Source: Eledone cirrhosa (Eukaryota). From it: 64,000 nt of DNA. The stretch lies in assembly GCA_964016885.1 (NCBI GenBank), contig OZ024752.1, positions 15,748,001-15,812,000 of the forward strand. The letters run 5' to 3'. The notes beneath the pieces were generated by a model. The model saw only the letters and a list, made by a program, of their open reading frames with translations. It was not told the DNA's origin and did not search any database. Below, piece by piece: positions 1 to 17,323 of this stretch (position 1 is the first letter of the stretch; each line of letters starts with the position of its first letter). The translations under genes and the position numbers were made by a program.

Positions 1-63
1 AAGGGCGGTGCCCCAGCATGGCCTCAGCTGGATGGCTGAAACAGGTAAAAGAGTAAAAGAGTA
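1..63 (+). mobile_element. 3' end of a retroposon (SINE/LINE) with short tandem tail, cut by the window edge
   Basis: GC-rich end gggcggtgccccagcatgg followed by (gtaaaaga)n tail. Confidence 0.5.
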
Positions 64-137
64 ATATGAAATATATATAATATATATATATATATATATA
101 AAATATATATATATATATAAAATATATATATATCTAT

Positions 138-320
138 CTAAGGCGGGTAAAATTCCCCGAGATCCATGGACCAGTTCTCTCCAGCGGTCTCTGTCCCTCA
201 TTATCGCTGCCATATCCTGCATCTCCAACAGACCAGTGTCTGACCTTAGGCCATCAACATATGTTAACCTTGGTCTTCCTCTGCTAGTGTGTCCATGTAG
301 GGGCTCCCAAAGGAGCACTG
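138..320 (-). mobile_element. RTE-clade LINE 3' fragment (inverted duplicate of 1039-1221)
   Basis: Near-identical reverse complement of 1039-1221. Confidence 0.75.
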
Positions 321-353
321 ATATATATATATATATATTATAAAATATATATG

Positions 354-416
<63 letters not shown>

Positions 417-445
417 TCAAAAGATGGTTAAAGGAGTTCCATATA

Positions 446-512
446 TTTTATTATGCGCATTTCAAAAACAAACATCATCAAGCAATAATATTTGTGTTTT
501 CATCAGATAAAA
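446..512 (-). ncRNA. Minimal type I hammerhead ribozyme, family 1
   Basis: Reverse complement of 640-706. Confidence 0.85.
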
Positions 513-639
513 CAGGAGAACATGATATGAAGGCTAAAAAACACTTGTTGATAGTGCAGTTTTAAATCAACATGTGATATGTTGATTTAAAACTGCACTA
601 TCAACAAGTGTTTTTTAGCCTTCATATCATGTTCTCCTG

Positions 640-706
640 TTTTATCTGATGAAAACACAAATATTATTGCTTGATGATGTTTGTTTTTGAAATGCGCATA
701 ATAAAA
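640..706 (+). ncRNA. Minimal type I hammerhead ribozyme, family 1
   Basis: ttttat-CTGATGA-aaacacaa...tgtttgtttt-GAAA-tgcgca-TA-ataaaa: stem I, core, stem II, palindromic stem III, AUA site. Confidence 0.85.
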
Positions 707-945
707 TATATGGAACTCCTTTAACCATCATTTGATCTTATATTATGCATACTCCAGTCCCACAAACTGTATAGTGCTTCTTATCCGATATCTGCATTGC
801 TTTATTGTACTACAATAAAACTCACCTCCTACATATAAAATATATATATATATATATATATCATATATATATATATAGTATATATATAAAATATATATAA
901 TATATATATATATATATTTCTATATATATATATAATATGTATATA

Positions 946-1001
<56 letters not shown>

Positions 1002-1038
1002 ATATATATTTTATAATATATATATATATATATATATA

Positions 1039-1221
1039 TCAGTGCTCCTTTGGGAGCCCCTACATGTACATACTAGGAGAGGAAAACCAAGGTTAACATA
1101 TGTTGATGCCCTAAGGACAGACACTGGTCTGTTGGAGATGCAGGATATGGCAGCGATAATGAGGGAGAGAGACCGCTGGAGAGAACTCGTCCATGGATCT
1201 CGGGAATTTTAGTCGCCTTAG
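1039..1221 (+). mobile_element. RTE-clade LINE 3' fragment
   Basis: Translates VLLWEPLHVHTRRGKPRLTYVDALRTDTG...RERDRWRELV, typical of RTE C-termini. Confidence 0.75.
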
Positions 1222-1345
1222 ATAGATATATATATATTTTATATATATATATATATATATAAAGTATATATATATATATATATATATAAAGTATATATAT
1301 ATATATATATATATAAAGTTATATATATATATATATATATATAAA

Positions 1346-1379
<34 letters not shown>

Positions 1380-1408
1380 TATATATATTATATATATATA
1401 TATATATA

Positions 1409-1459
<51 letters not shown>

Positions 1460-1605
1460 ATATATATATAGTATATATATATATATATATATAGTATATA
1501 TATATATATATATAGTATATATATATATATATATATATATAGTATATATATATATATATATATAGTATATATATATGTATATATATATATATATATATAT
1601 AATAG

Positions 1606-1653
<48 letters not shown>

Positions 1654-1748
1654 GTATAAATATATATATATATAAAATATATATATATATATATATATAG
1701 TATATATATATATATATATATATATAGTATATATATATATATATATAG

Positions 1749-1779
<31 letters not shown>

Positions 1780-1803
1780 TATATATATATATATATATAC
1801 ATA

Positions 1804-1842
<39 letters not shown>

Positions 1843-1899
1843 TATATATAAAATATATATATATATATATAATATATATATATATATTCTAGTCGATCG

Positions 1900-2102
1900 A
1901 CTTTCGTCAAATCGGACCGAGGAAACTATGTTTCCGTTGGTCTTTCCAATTGCTAATACTATCTATCGGTCGCAACTCCAGGTAGAAGGAGCAACGTGAA
2001 ATAAAGTGTCTTGCTCAAGGACATAACGCATCGCCTGGTTCAGGAATCGAACTCACAACCTCACGATTGTGAATCCAATACTCTAACCACTCAGCCACAC
2101 GC
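1900..2102 (-). mobile_element. tRNA-derived SINE with CORE-like domain
   Basis: Minus strand: gtggctgagtggttagag (A box), gagttcgattcc (B box), tgtccttgagcaagacacttt. Confidence 0.8.
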
Positions 2103-2190
2103 ATTCACTAAATATATATATAGTATATATATATATATAAAATATATATATAATATATATAATATATTTTATTTATATATATATTATATA

Positions 2191-2233
<43 letters not shown>

Positions 2234-2309
2234 ATATATATACAAAGTATATATATATAAAATATATATATATATATAAAATATATATATATATATATAT
2301 AATATATAT

Positions 2310-2358
<49 letters not shown>

Positions 2359-2546
2359 TATATATATATAAGATATATATATATATATATATATAAAATA
2401 TATATATATATATAAGATATATATATATATATATATAAAATATATATATATATTATAATATATATATATAATATATATATATATATAATATATATTTATA
2501 TATATAATATATATATATATAATATATATATATATTATATATATAT

Positions 2547-2578
<32 letters not shown>

Positions 2579-2849
2579 AAATATATATATATAATATATA
2601 TATATATATATAATATATATATATATATATAAAATATATATTATATATATATAAAATATATATATATATGTATAAAATATATATATATATAAAATATTAT
2701 ATATAATATATATATATATATATAAATATATATATATCATATATATATATATATATATATAAAATATATATATATATGTATAAAATATATATAAATATAT
2801 AATATTTATATATATATATATAAAATATTTATATATATATACAAAATAT

Positions 2850-2882
<33 letters not shown>

Positions 2883-3327
2883 ACGTATATCTATAAAATA
2901 TATATATATATATATATATATATGAATATATATATATAACGTATATATATAAAATATATATGTATATATATATATATATATGAATATATATATATATAAC
3001 GTATATATATAAAATATATATATATATATATATAATATTATATATATATATATATAAAAAAAAATATATATATATAACGTATATATATAAAATATATATA
3101 TATAATATATATATATATATATAAAAATATATATATATATAACGTATATATATAAAATATATATATATATATATATAATATATATATATATATATAAAAT
3201 ATATATATACATATATAAAGTATATATATAAAATATATATATATATATATATAATATATATATATATATAAAATATATATATATATATAACGTATATATA
3301 TAAAATATTTATATATATATATAATAT

Positions 3328-3359
<32 letters not shown>

Positions 3360-3594
3360 ACGTATATATATAAAATATATATATATATATAATATATATA
3401 TATATATAAAATATATATATATATATAACGTATATATATAAAATATATATATATATATATAGAATATATATATATATATATATAATATATATATATTATA
3501 TATATAACGTATATTTATAAATCTGTTTATATATATAATATATATATATAATATATATATATATAAAAAGTATGTATATATATAAGTATATATA

Positions 3595-3641
<47 letters not shown>

Positions 3642-4109
3642 ATGTATATATAAAGTATATATATATATATATAAAGTAATATATATTATATATAGTATAT
3701 ATATATATAAAGTATATATATATATATAAAGTATATATATATAAAGTATATATATATATATATATGAAGTATATATATATATATAATGTATATATATATA
3801 TGAAGTATATATATATATATATATATAAAAGTATATATATATATATATATATATAAAGTATATATATATATATATACAAAGTATATATATATATATATAT
3901 ATACAAAGTATATATATATATATAAAGTATATATATATATAAAGTATATATATTATATATACAAAGTATATATATATATATAAAGTATATATATATATAT
4001 AAAGTATATATATATATATATATAAAGTATATACATATATATATATACAAAGTATATATATATATAAAGTTATATATATATATATATAAAGTATATATAT
4101 ATATACAAA

Positions 4110-4145
<36 letters not shown>

Positions 4146-4162
4146 TTTATATATATATATAT

Positions 4163-4201
<39 letters not shown>

Positions 4202-5081
4202 TTTGTATATATATATATAAAGTATATATATATATATATAAAGTATATATATATAAATCATATATATATATATAAAGTATATATATATAAAGTATATATA
4301 TATATAAAGTATATATATATATATATAAAGTATATATATATATAAAGTATATATAAAGTATATATATATATAAAGTATATATATATATATAAAGTATATA
4401 TATATATATATATAAAGTATATATATATAAGTATATATATATATAAAGTATGTATATATATATAAATATATATATATATATAAAGTATATATATATATAT
4501 ATAAAGTATATATATATATATATATATAAAGTATATATATATATATAAAGTGTATATATATATATATATATATATAAAGTGTATATATATATAAAGTATA
4601 TTATATATATATATATTTATAAAGTATATATATATATATAAAGTATATATATATATATATATCTATATAAGTATATATATATATATATATATAAAGTATA
4701 TATATGTATATATATATAAAGTATATATATATATATAATGTATATATATAAAGTATATATATGTATATATATATATAAGTATATATATATATATATAAAG
4801 TATATATATAAAACATATATATATATATATATATAAAGTATATATATAATATATATATATATATATAAAGTATATATATAAATATATATATATATATATA
4901 AAGTATATATATATATAAAGTATATATATATATATATATATATATAAGTATATATATATAAAGTATATATATATATAAAGTATATATATATATAAAGTAT
5001 ATATATATATAAAGTATATATATAAATAAAGTATATATATATATATATATCAAGTATATATATATATATATATATATAAAG

Positions 5082-5113
<32 letters not shown>

Positions 5114-5144
5114 ATATATAAATATATATAAAGTATATATATAT

Positions 5145-5179
<35 letters not shown>

Positions 5180-5284
5180 ATATATATATATATATAAATT
5201 ATATATATATACATATATAAAGTATATATATATATATATATAAAGTATATATATATATATATAAAGTATATATATATACATATT

Positions 5285-5317
<33 letters not shown>

Positions 5318-5495
5318 AATTATATATATATATGTATATAGTATATATATATATATAAAGTATATATATATGTATATAGTATATATATATATATATAAAG
5401 TATATATATATATATAGTATATATATATATATATATAAAGTATATATATATATATAAATTATATATATATATATATAAAGTATATATATATAAAG

Positions 5496-5527
<32 letters not shown>

Positions 5528-5540
5528 ATATATATATAAA

Positions 5541-5590
<50 letters not shown>

Positions 5591-5733
5591 GTATATATAT
5601 ATATATATATATAAAGTATATATATATATATATAAAGTATATATTATAGTATATATAAAGTATATATATATATATTATATAAAGTATATATATATAAAAA
5701 TAAAGTTTATATATATAATATATATAGTATATA

Positions 5734-5764
<31 letters not shown>

Positions 5765-5936
5765 AAGTATATATAGTATATATATATAAAGTATATATAT
5801 ATATAATGTATATATATAAAGTATATATATGTATATATATATAAAGTATATATATATATATATAAAGTATATATATAAAACTATATATATATATATATAT
5901 ATAAAGTATATATATATTATATATATATATATAAAG

Positions 5937-5968
<32 letters not shown>

Positions 5969-6339
5969 AAGTATATATATATATAAAGTATATATATATA
6001 TATATATATATATAAAGTATATATATATAAAGTATATATATATAAGTATATATATATATAAAGTATATATATATATAAAGTATATATATAAATAAAGTAT
6101 ATTATATATATATATATCAAGTATATATATATATATATATATAAAGGTATATATTATTATATATATATATTATATATATAAAGTATATATAAATATATAT
6201 ATAAAGTATATATATATACACATATATATATATATATATATATATAAAGTATATATATATATATATATAAATTATATATATATACATATATAAAGTATAT
6301 ATATATATATATAAATATAATATATATATATATATAAAG

Positions 6340-6384
<45 letters not shown>

Positions 6385-6611
6385 TATATATAATATATAA
6401 ATTATATATATATATGTATATAGTATATATATATAAAGTATATATATTTATATAGTATATATATATATATATAAAGTATATATATATATATAGTATATAT
6501 ATATATATATAAGTATATATATATATATAAATTATATATATATATATATAAAGTATATATATATAAAGTATATATATATATATATATATATATAAAGTAT
6601 ATATATATAAA

Positions 6612-6664
<53 letters not shown>

Positions 6665-7344
6665 ATATATATATATATTATAAAGTATATATATATATAT
6701 ATAAAGTATATATATATGTATATATAAAGTATATTATATATATATATAAAGTATATATATATAAAAATAAAGTATATATATATATATATAAAGTATATAT
6801 ATATATATAATATATATATATATATATAAAGTATATATATATATATAAAGTATATATATATATATAAAGTATATATATATATATATATTATATATATATA
6901 AGTATGTATATATATATATATATATAAAGTATGTATATTATATATACATATATAAAGTATGTATATATATATATATAAAGTATTGTATATATATATATAT
7001 AAAGTATGTATATATATATATATAAAGTATATATATATATATAAAGTATGTATAATATTATATAGTATAAGTATATATTTATATATATAAAGTATTATAT
7101 GATATATTATAAAGTATGATATTTATATATATGTATATAAGTATATATATATATATATATATAAAGTATATATATATATATATAAGTATATATATATATA
7201 TATTATATATATTATATAAATATATATATATATAAAAATATCTATATATATATATAAAATATATATACTTTTCGGGCCTGGCTACAGCAGATTTTTTTCA
7301 GAGAAAGATAGCAAATAAGAAAGAGATGTAGAGGAAAAATCCAC

Positions 7345-7467
7345 CCCAGTACTAGACTGGTACTTGTTCATCGACCTCAACGAGATTTGAACTTAGAGAG
7401 CAGAGAGCGGAACGAGTACCATAAAGCATTCCATCCAACGTTGTACAGACTCTGCCAGTTCGCCACC
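7345..7467 (-). mobile_element. Diverged tRNA-SINE (Meta-domain-like family)
   Basis: ctggtactt..atcgacc..gatttgaactt..ctgccagttcgcc. Confidence 0.6.
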
Positions 7468-9060
7468 TATAACTGAATATGTAAGAATTGCCAAAGACTA
7501 CTGTCATTTTTATGTTCATCTTCTTTAGCCTGTATCAGTTCTGGCTGAGCAGGCGTTTTCAAAGATGTTTACTCAAATATTCAGAAAATGTCGAGCTACA
7601 TTATCCAGTGCGTACATCTTCTTTAGAGGCAGTAGGATGTAATTTTACAGATAACATAGCGACCATGTAGAAGCTCCATTTTGGGCTCATATATTGGGAT
7701 TTTGCGATTATATCATAATAATAGAAACTAAAAATAACACAGTGAATATTTATCAAGTTAGTCGATGTCAGCAAAAAGTTGTTATTGGGTTCTAATACTT
7801 CATGCTGAATGAAATCAAAATGAATTCCACCTTAAATGTAACTACGCAAGTATTACAAAACCAATTCACTCGCAAATATATTCCGCAAGGAATATTTTGT
7901 ACAATTAAACACAGAGAATCTGAAGATAGGTGAGGTATTCCTTAACAATAAGAGTTATAGAATATTTCCTACCGCTTTTATTTCTAAAGAAAATATGTTA
8001 GAAGGCCCTTTCAAGAGATCTTATTAATTTCGTGATCGCATAATATTTACATTCGGAAAATAACAATATCGATTATTTCCTGTTGTTTAGGCAGGAGTAG
8101 TATTGAGGTCCTTGGTATGTTCTAGTTTCCCAGCTAAGTATTCTCTTAGGACATTTCAACTACCAATCCCTCATATTATTTTGCATAATATCATTAAAAA
8201 ATGTTAACAGCAAATTAATATGAGTTGTGAATGTATGTGTTTACAAACGGAGAACAAATGATTAAATACAAGGATGGGAATTGTAGAGAAACTAAATAAT
8301 GAGAGATACAAGAACCCTGAAGCTAGTCATTTTAGTGTTCTTTCATCTCGAATCCCTTCGAAAATAGATAATTCTTCAATCTCTCTTCACATATTTACCT
8401 GGTTCTTCTCAATTTCTAAACTTAAACGAAAATATTCAATAATACTTACTGATTTCTATTTATATAAGTAAATTACATAATGAGACTGGTCGCCGCAGAG
8501 TAACATAGTGACCACGTAATTAGACGGCTAAAGCCTGATGACGTCCGTAGTCACTTTACCAATAATTGGTGTAAGTTGGATGTTAATATGCTGGGCTGTA
8601 AGGATAAGGTTTTGATGGGTACGATTAGTTTTTTGTTTTGTCTAGTCCAGTATGAATCCCGTGAGTGAGGTTGACTGTAATATCCAAGTGGACCATCATA
8701 TGAATAAGGACAACAAATTACAGATTTAGCTAGACAACAATATCAAAATAGTTTAAGCAATGGGGATTATTTCTGCAAAACATAATTCCATATTAACGAA
8801 GCGATTTATTAACTAGAAAGTTCTCTGTATGTATATCTGGATATATATTGAAACAATATTATCGGAAGAGTCTATATATCACCGACCATTCTCTCACCCA
8901 ATGTGTTAACTAAGCGAGCATCATTACGATACCAATCAAGCAGGAAAGCGGTGTGTACACTAATACGTTAAATAGTGAGAGAAACGAATTCGTGTGGCCA
9001 GAGAATAAAATTCTCTGTTCCCGGATTAATGCGTTAGTTTCTGCTACCCCATCTGCTGGC

Positions 9061-9210
<150 letters not shown>

Positions 9211-9297
9211 CAAAAGGGATATTTAATTTGTTGGTAATTCAACAAATATATATGTTTATAACTGACTCGAAGCACTCGACAAGTTTTCTGGATTATA

Positions 9298-9607
9298 ATA
9301 TCAATGAAATTAATAAATGGAAACTTTATTTATAAAACCATATTTATTCTATTATATATATTTGAAGGGTACCACAATTTTGGTTCGCTCTCATCAGATA
9401 AAATACAAAGTTTCTTTTATAAATGTTGACATATCCAGGAAAAACTTTAACCGCTAAGATCTTCTTCCTGGATATGTCAATATTTGTAACACAAACTTTG
9501 TATTTCATCTGATGAGAGAGTACCAAAGTTTTGATACACTTGGAATATATAAAATAGAATAAACATGGTTTTATAAATATAGTTTCCATTTATTAATATC
9601 ATTGATA
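9298..9607. mobile_element. Penelope-like fold-back unit, family 2, with two decayed hammerheads (9347-9403 minus, 9503-9559 plus)
   Basis: Imperfect ~145 bp inverted arms; CTGATGA retained; GAAA mutated to caaa/ggaa; homologous to intact copy at 28487. Confidence 0.7.
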
Positions 9608-9649
9608 TATATACCTACATATACATACATATACACATATATATATATA

Positions 9650-9708
<59 letters not shown>

Positions 9709-9716
9709 TAATAATA

Positions 9717-9880
9717 ATTGTTTCTACTTACGGCACAAGGCCAGCAATTACCAGTACATTACTGGTACTTTATTTTATCGACCCCGTAAGGATGAAAGGC
9801 AAAGTTAACCTCGGCGGGATTTGAACTCAGATCATAAAGGGCCGTAACTCTATACGTCAAAGCATGGCGTCCGGCCCTCT
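9717..9880 (-). mobile_element. tRNA-SINE (Meta-domain-like family)
   Basis: ctggtactttattttatcgaccccgtaaggatgaaaggcaaagttaacctcggcgggatttgaactc. Confidence 0.9.
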
Positions 9881-9956
9881 ATGTATGATAATAATAATGT
9901 ATCTTAATAAATGTTCTAGGGACTAGAAATGCAATTACTTGTTTAAACATTGTGTA

Positions 9957-10003
9957 TGCTCCGATGATGTTACACAGTTGTCTGAAAGAAACGATCGTCA
10001 GCA
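9957..10003 (+). ncRNA. Minimal hammerhead with CCGAUGA (U4C) core, family 3
   Basis: tgct-CCGATGA-(decayed stem II)-GAAA-cgatcg-TC-agca; GUC site, palindromic stem III. Confidence 0.7.
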
Positions 10004-10044
10004 ATTAAATGCATTAAGGAAATATTTGATCGTTTTATATTTTG

Positions 10045-10104
<60 letters not shown>

Positions 10105-10105
<1 letters not shown>

Positions 10106-10219
10106 TAGGAAAACGTATGACCCCGACGGCAGAGCTCAAGCCCTTTCGACGGCTATTTCTGGAGTATTGAGTACACTGGTGCGTTATGGTCCATCTTGTT
10201 CCTTTCCACAATTCCTTTG

Positions 10220-10222
<3 letters not shown>
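10105..10222. mobile_element. Short fold-back copy of family 7 (inverted piece + tail)
   Basis: gtatgaccccgacggcagagctcaagc matches 56148; gtattgagtac..gcgttatggtccat..caattcctttgtta matches 56757-56813. Confidence 0.75.
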
Positions 10223-10264
<42 letters not shown>

Positions 10265-10410
10265 CGTGTGTGTGTGTGTGTGTGATCCATTGAATTACTG
10301 GTGCTGGTAGCAAATGATCTCTTGAAGCCCAGGCTGTGTGTATATATTAATAAAACTCTGAAATAATGTGAGAGGAAAGCATACAAAGCATTTTTGAAAA
10401 CATTATTTAA

Positions 10411-10600
10411 CTGGGGAATTGGCAGTATCGGTAGAGGGTTGAATGCCATGCTTTCTAGCATTGTTACGTCCCTTTACAGTCTGAGTTCAAATCCCGCCGA
10501 GGTTACCTTTGCCTTTCATCCTTACGGGGGTCCATAAAATAAAGTACCAGTAATGTACTGGTTAATTGCTGGCCTTATGCCTAAAGTAGAAACAATTATT
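10411..10600 (+). mobile_element. tRNA-SINE (Meta-domain-like family)
   Basis: tggcagtatcggtaga A box, gagttcaaatccc B box, gcctttcatccttacgggg. Confidence 0.9.
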
Positions 10601-11571
10601 TAACTATACATTTTTGCACATTGAGTAATGTCATTTCCTATGGGGATGTTAGAAGATATTATAATTTTCTATCATTCGCACAATACTGTAGACATTATAC
10701 GTGTGTGTGTGTGCCTGTGTACGTGTGTATGTGCGTGTATGTGTGTATGTGCGTGTATGAGAGAGAGTTAATAAAGAATGCACATAAAGAGGAACTTGCG
10801 AACTATTTAATCTGTTTATTAAAATAGTAGAAGCCATTATTTGGTTATGTCAATCTAACAAAATATATTCGTGATATAGTATTAATCATCTCTATTTTAT
10901 CTTAAACATAGTATATAAAATATCGAGCGAAGTAATGTGTAATTATAAGAATGTGTCTGTCTAGTGTGAAAGTGTTAGTTAGCTGAAATAAAGATTGAGT
11001 TAGATAAAGGAAACTTGAGTTGAAGAATAATAAACTCACTGAGGAATAAATATTGAAATACGCTGCGTGAATTGATATTGAGTGGGGAGAAATCGATAAT
11101 CAATTGACTAAATGTCAAAGAAAAAAGAAAATGCAGGACAGACAAATCACAATAATAAATCTTTATTGTATTTTTCTAATATAGGAAAACAGCTTTATAT
11201 TTAAAACTGAGTTAAAATGTAATAATACCTTTCTTGAATTTTCAAATTCCGTATTCATAATGTGAATCAGCTTCCACTGAGAACCGATACATCATTTTCC
11301 ACCTATAGAGCCAAGCATTTACTGAATGCATTGAACTGAAAGTCAAATTCTAATCATCGAAATGTCGTTAGGATAAAATTGACATTCAAATTTTACAATT
11401 TCAATTTCCTCATAGAAATTCAAGAGTTATATCCCTTTGAATCTGTTGTTTTTCCATGTTATTAAATGCAGTCTAATTAGCAACAACTCATAATCAAAAC
11501 ACATCTACTTTCATCGATGCTTAATCCATACACCCACACAGGCTCATAAAAACAGATCTAAAGAGGCGAAG

Positions 11572-11607
<36 letters not shown>

Positions 11608-11976
11608 TGAGTGTGTGTGAGTATGTGTGTGTTTGTATGTATATATATATATGTATATATATTTTTTTTGTATATATGTATATATATATTTATGTATATA
11701 GGTATATATATATATATATTTATGTATAAATGTATATAAATATGTATATGTACACACATATATATATATATATATATATATTTGTATATATATATATTTA
11801 TATATATATGTATACATATATTTTTATGTGTATATGTATATATATATATATATTTATGTGTATATGTATATAAATATATGTATGTATATATGTATATATA
11901 TATATGTGTGTATATATACATATATATATATGTATGTATATATACATATATATATATGTATGTATATATGTATATA

Positions 11977-14305
<2,329 letters not shown>

Positions 14306-14378
14306 ATATACATATATACATACATATATATATATGTATATATACATACATATATATATATGTATATATACACACATA

Positions 14379-14447
<69 letters not shown>

Positions 14448-14448
14448 T

Positions 14449-14486
<38 letters not shown>

Positions 14487-14746
14487 TATTTATATATATG
14501 AATATATATATATATATGTATATATATCTATACATATATATATATGGAGATATATATGTATATATGTATACATATATATATATGGATATATATATATATA
14601 TGTATATATATATGTATATATCGTCTCCGCTGAACCGGTGCGTACTCACACTCTATGCAAATTAGTCTGCCCACTACTAATTTTCATAGAAAAGCATATA
14701 ACGATATGTGCTTTTACGATTCTCCAGAAAGGCCGGTAGATAGGTA

Positions 14747-14791
14747 AATATTGCTGATGAGTTGTAACAACAACGAAACTAGTTCAATATT
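14747..14791 (+). ncRNA. Minimal type I hammerhead ribozyme, family 5
   Basis: aatattg-CTGATGA-gttg taacaa caac-GAAA-ctag-TT-caatatt. Confidence 0.9.
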
Positions 14792-15213
14792 CCTTGTCTG
14801 GCTTTCTGGAGAATAGAGGAAAGGCGTTTCCTCGAAAACCAGTATATCTCTAAAAACCGGTTTGTCTGTGTGTTTACATACAGAATAGCTAGGTTGCTCA
14901 CAGTAAAGTAATCAGTGAAAGACTTGGTACATCTACATATGTATACGTTTGTGTATTCATATGCATACTAGTATTTCAGTATGCATATGTAGATGTACAT
15001 GTTTAACGTAATTGTTTAAGCGTCAGTCATACAAAAGTGATTTACAAACGAAGCGAAATTTAATTTCGTTTCGTTATTTGTTTTTATCGTCTCCGCTGAA
15101 CCGGTGCGTACTCACACTCTATGCAAATTAGTCTGCCCACTATTAATTTTCATAGAAAAAGCATATAACGATATGCGCTTTTACGATTCTCCAGAAAGGC
15201 CGGTAGATAGGTA

Positions 15214-15258
15214 AATATTGCTGATGAGTTGTAACAACAACGAAACTAGTTCAATATT
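15214..15258 (+). ncRNA. Minimal type I hammerhead ribozyme, family 5
   Basis: Identical to 14747-14791. Confidence 0.9.
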
Positions 15259-15720
15259 CCTTGTCTGGCTTTCTGGAGAATAGAGGAAAGGCGTTTCCTC
15301 GAAAACCAGTATGACTCTAAAAACCGGTTTGTCTGTGTGTTTACATACAGAATAGCTGGGTTGCTCACAGTAAAGTAACCAGTGAAAGACTTGGTACATC
15401 TACATATGTATACGTGTGTGTATTCATATGCATACTAGTATTTCAGTATGCATATGTAGATGTACATTTTTAACTTAATTGTTATATGTATATATATATA
15501 TATGTATATATATATATGTATATATATATATGTATATATATATATATGTATATATGTATATATGGATATATATATATATATAATTATATATGTATATATA
15601 TATATACATATATATGTATATATATATATATATATATACATATATATGTATATATGTATATATATATACATATATATGTATATATGTATATATGTATATA
15701 TATATATACATATATATGTA

Positions 15721-15759
<39 letters not shown>

Positions 15760-15782
15760 GTATATATGTATATATATATGTA

Positions 15783-15816
<34 letters not shown>

Positions 15817-15840
15817 CGTATATATGTATATATATATGTA

Positions 15841-15877
<37 letters not shown>

Positions 15878-15984
15878 GTATATATGTATATATATATATG
15901 TATATATGTATATATATATATACATATATATGTATATATGTATATATGTATACATATATATGTATATATATACATATATGTATG

Positions 15985-16079
<95 letters not shown>

Positions 16080-16248
16080 GTATGTATATACATATATATA
16101 TATGTATGTATATATATATGTATGTATATACATATATATATATATGTATGTATATACATACATATGTATATACATACATATATATATATGTATATACATA
16201 TATATATGTATATATATATATCTATCTATCCATCTATCTATCTATCTA

Positions 16249-16280
<32 letters not shown>

Positions 16281-16284
<4 letters not shown>

Positions 16285-16962
16285 AATTACAGAATAATGA
16301 AAACTATGAACAATACATGTTATTACTGACATTCGTTTCTTCCAAATTTGCGTTTGAAATCACCGGAGCTCTACGAAAATTTAGACATATAATCTAACCT
16401 CCTATTCAACAGAACAATCGTAAAGATACATAGATATTAGTGTTGTCATTAACAGTGTCATATTTAAAGAGTAGAGATGATGTGGTCAGTATCAGTGGAT
16501 GCGACAAAGATTATAAAAGAATAATGCAACAAATATAGAGGTATTATGTGATACCTTTGCCATACTGTGATATATATGTTTAGTAACATTGCTTGTTTCT
16601 TACCTGGTTATTCTGTACATTCCTAAAACATCTGCACTCTTTCTATACGGTTGCATATGTACTGCTAATGTCTTCGTTTTGCGAATAAATTTCTTCTTTA
16701 ATTCCTCTATAATTGTTGTATTATTCTTTTATAATCTTTGTCGCATCCACTGATACTGACCCCATCATCTCTACTCTTTAAATATGATACTATTAATGGC
16801 AACACCAATATATATGTATCTTTACGATTATTATGTTGAATAGGAGGTTAATTATATGTCCAAACTTTGCTAGTGCACCGACAATTCCAAACGAAAGTTT
16901 GGAAGAAACGATTGTCAGCAATACAATCTATCGAACATAGTTTTGATTATTCTGTTATTTAT
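16281..16962. mobile_element. Old fold-back unit, family 3, with decayed hammerheads (16324-16370 minus, 16874-16920 plus)
   Basis: Inverted arms ~16281-16545 / ~16703-16962; ccgacaa-ttccaaac gaaa gtttggaa-GAAA-cgattg-TC-agca; flanks align to 9900-10045. Confidence 0.65.
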
Positions 16963-17222
16963 ATTCCGTCTCTGTAAAACATCTGATGTATTTACATTGA
17001 GCTATTTTTCTTACTGGTAATAAGTTGGTAATGAATTACTGACCTTTCCTGTTTATAATTATATATAGTGTATATATAAGTATATAAAATATTATTATAT
17101 ATATATATTTACTTATTTAGTTATTTATGTGTTACCATCTGCCCTTTGTATTGTTCTACCAGATTCTAATGGCTTTTAAAATTATCGTTCTCCTACAGCA
17201 CACGCACCGCCACACACACACT

Positions 17223-17323
<101 letters not shown>

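Larger units (their letters stand above)
414..832 (+). mobile_element. Penelope-like fold-back unit, family 1 (arms ~414-573 / ~579-738, tail ~739-832)
   Basis: ~160 bp near-perfect palindrome, one hammerhead per arm, (TA)n on both sides. Confidence 0.75.
64..7265. repeat. ~7 kb interrupted (TA)n microsatellite field with small unique islands
   Basis: (TA)n with locally repeated interruptions (aaag, aacg, ag, aaa); source of the Y/I-rich pseudo-ORFs. Confidence 0.97.
14621..15470 (+). mobile_element. ~467 bp direct tandem repeat (~1.8 copies), retrozyme/pLTR-like, family 5
   Basis: tcgtctccgctgaaccggtg starts at 14621 and 15087; each unit has a hammerhead; TA-rich microsatellite flanks. Confidence 0.85.

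Noticed and set aside
8535-8545. CTGATGA heptamer (also 53592, 59462 and inside LINEs)
   Set aside because: No correctly placed stem II, GAAA and NUH
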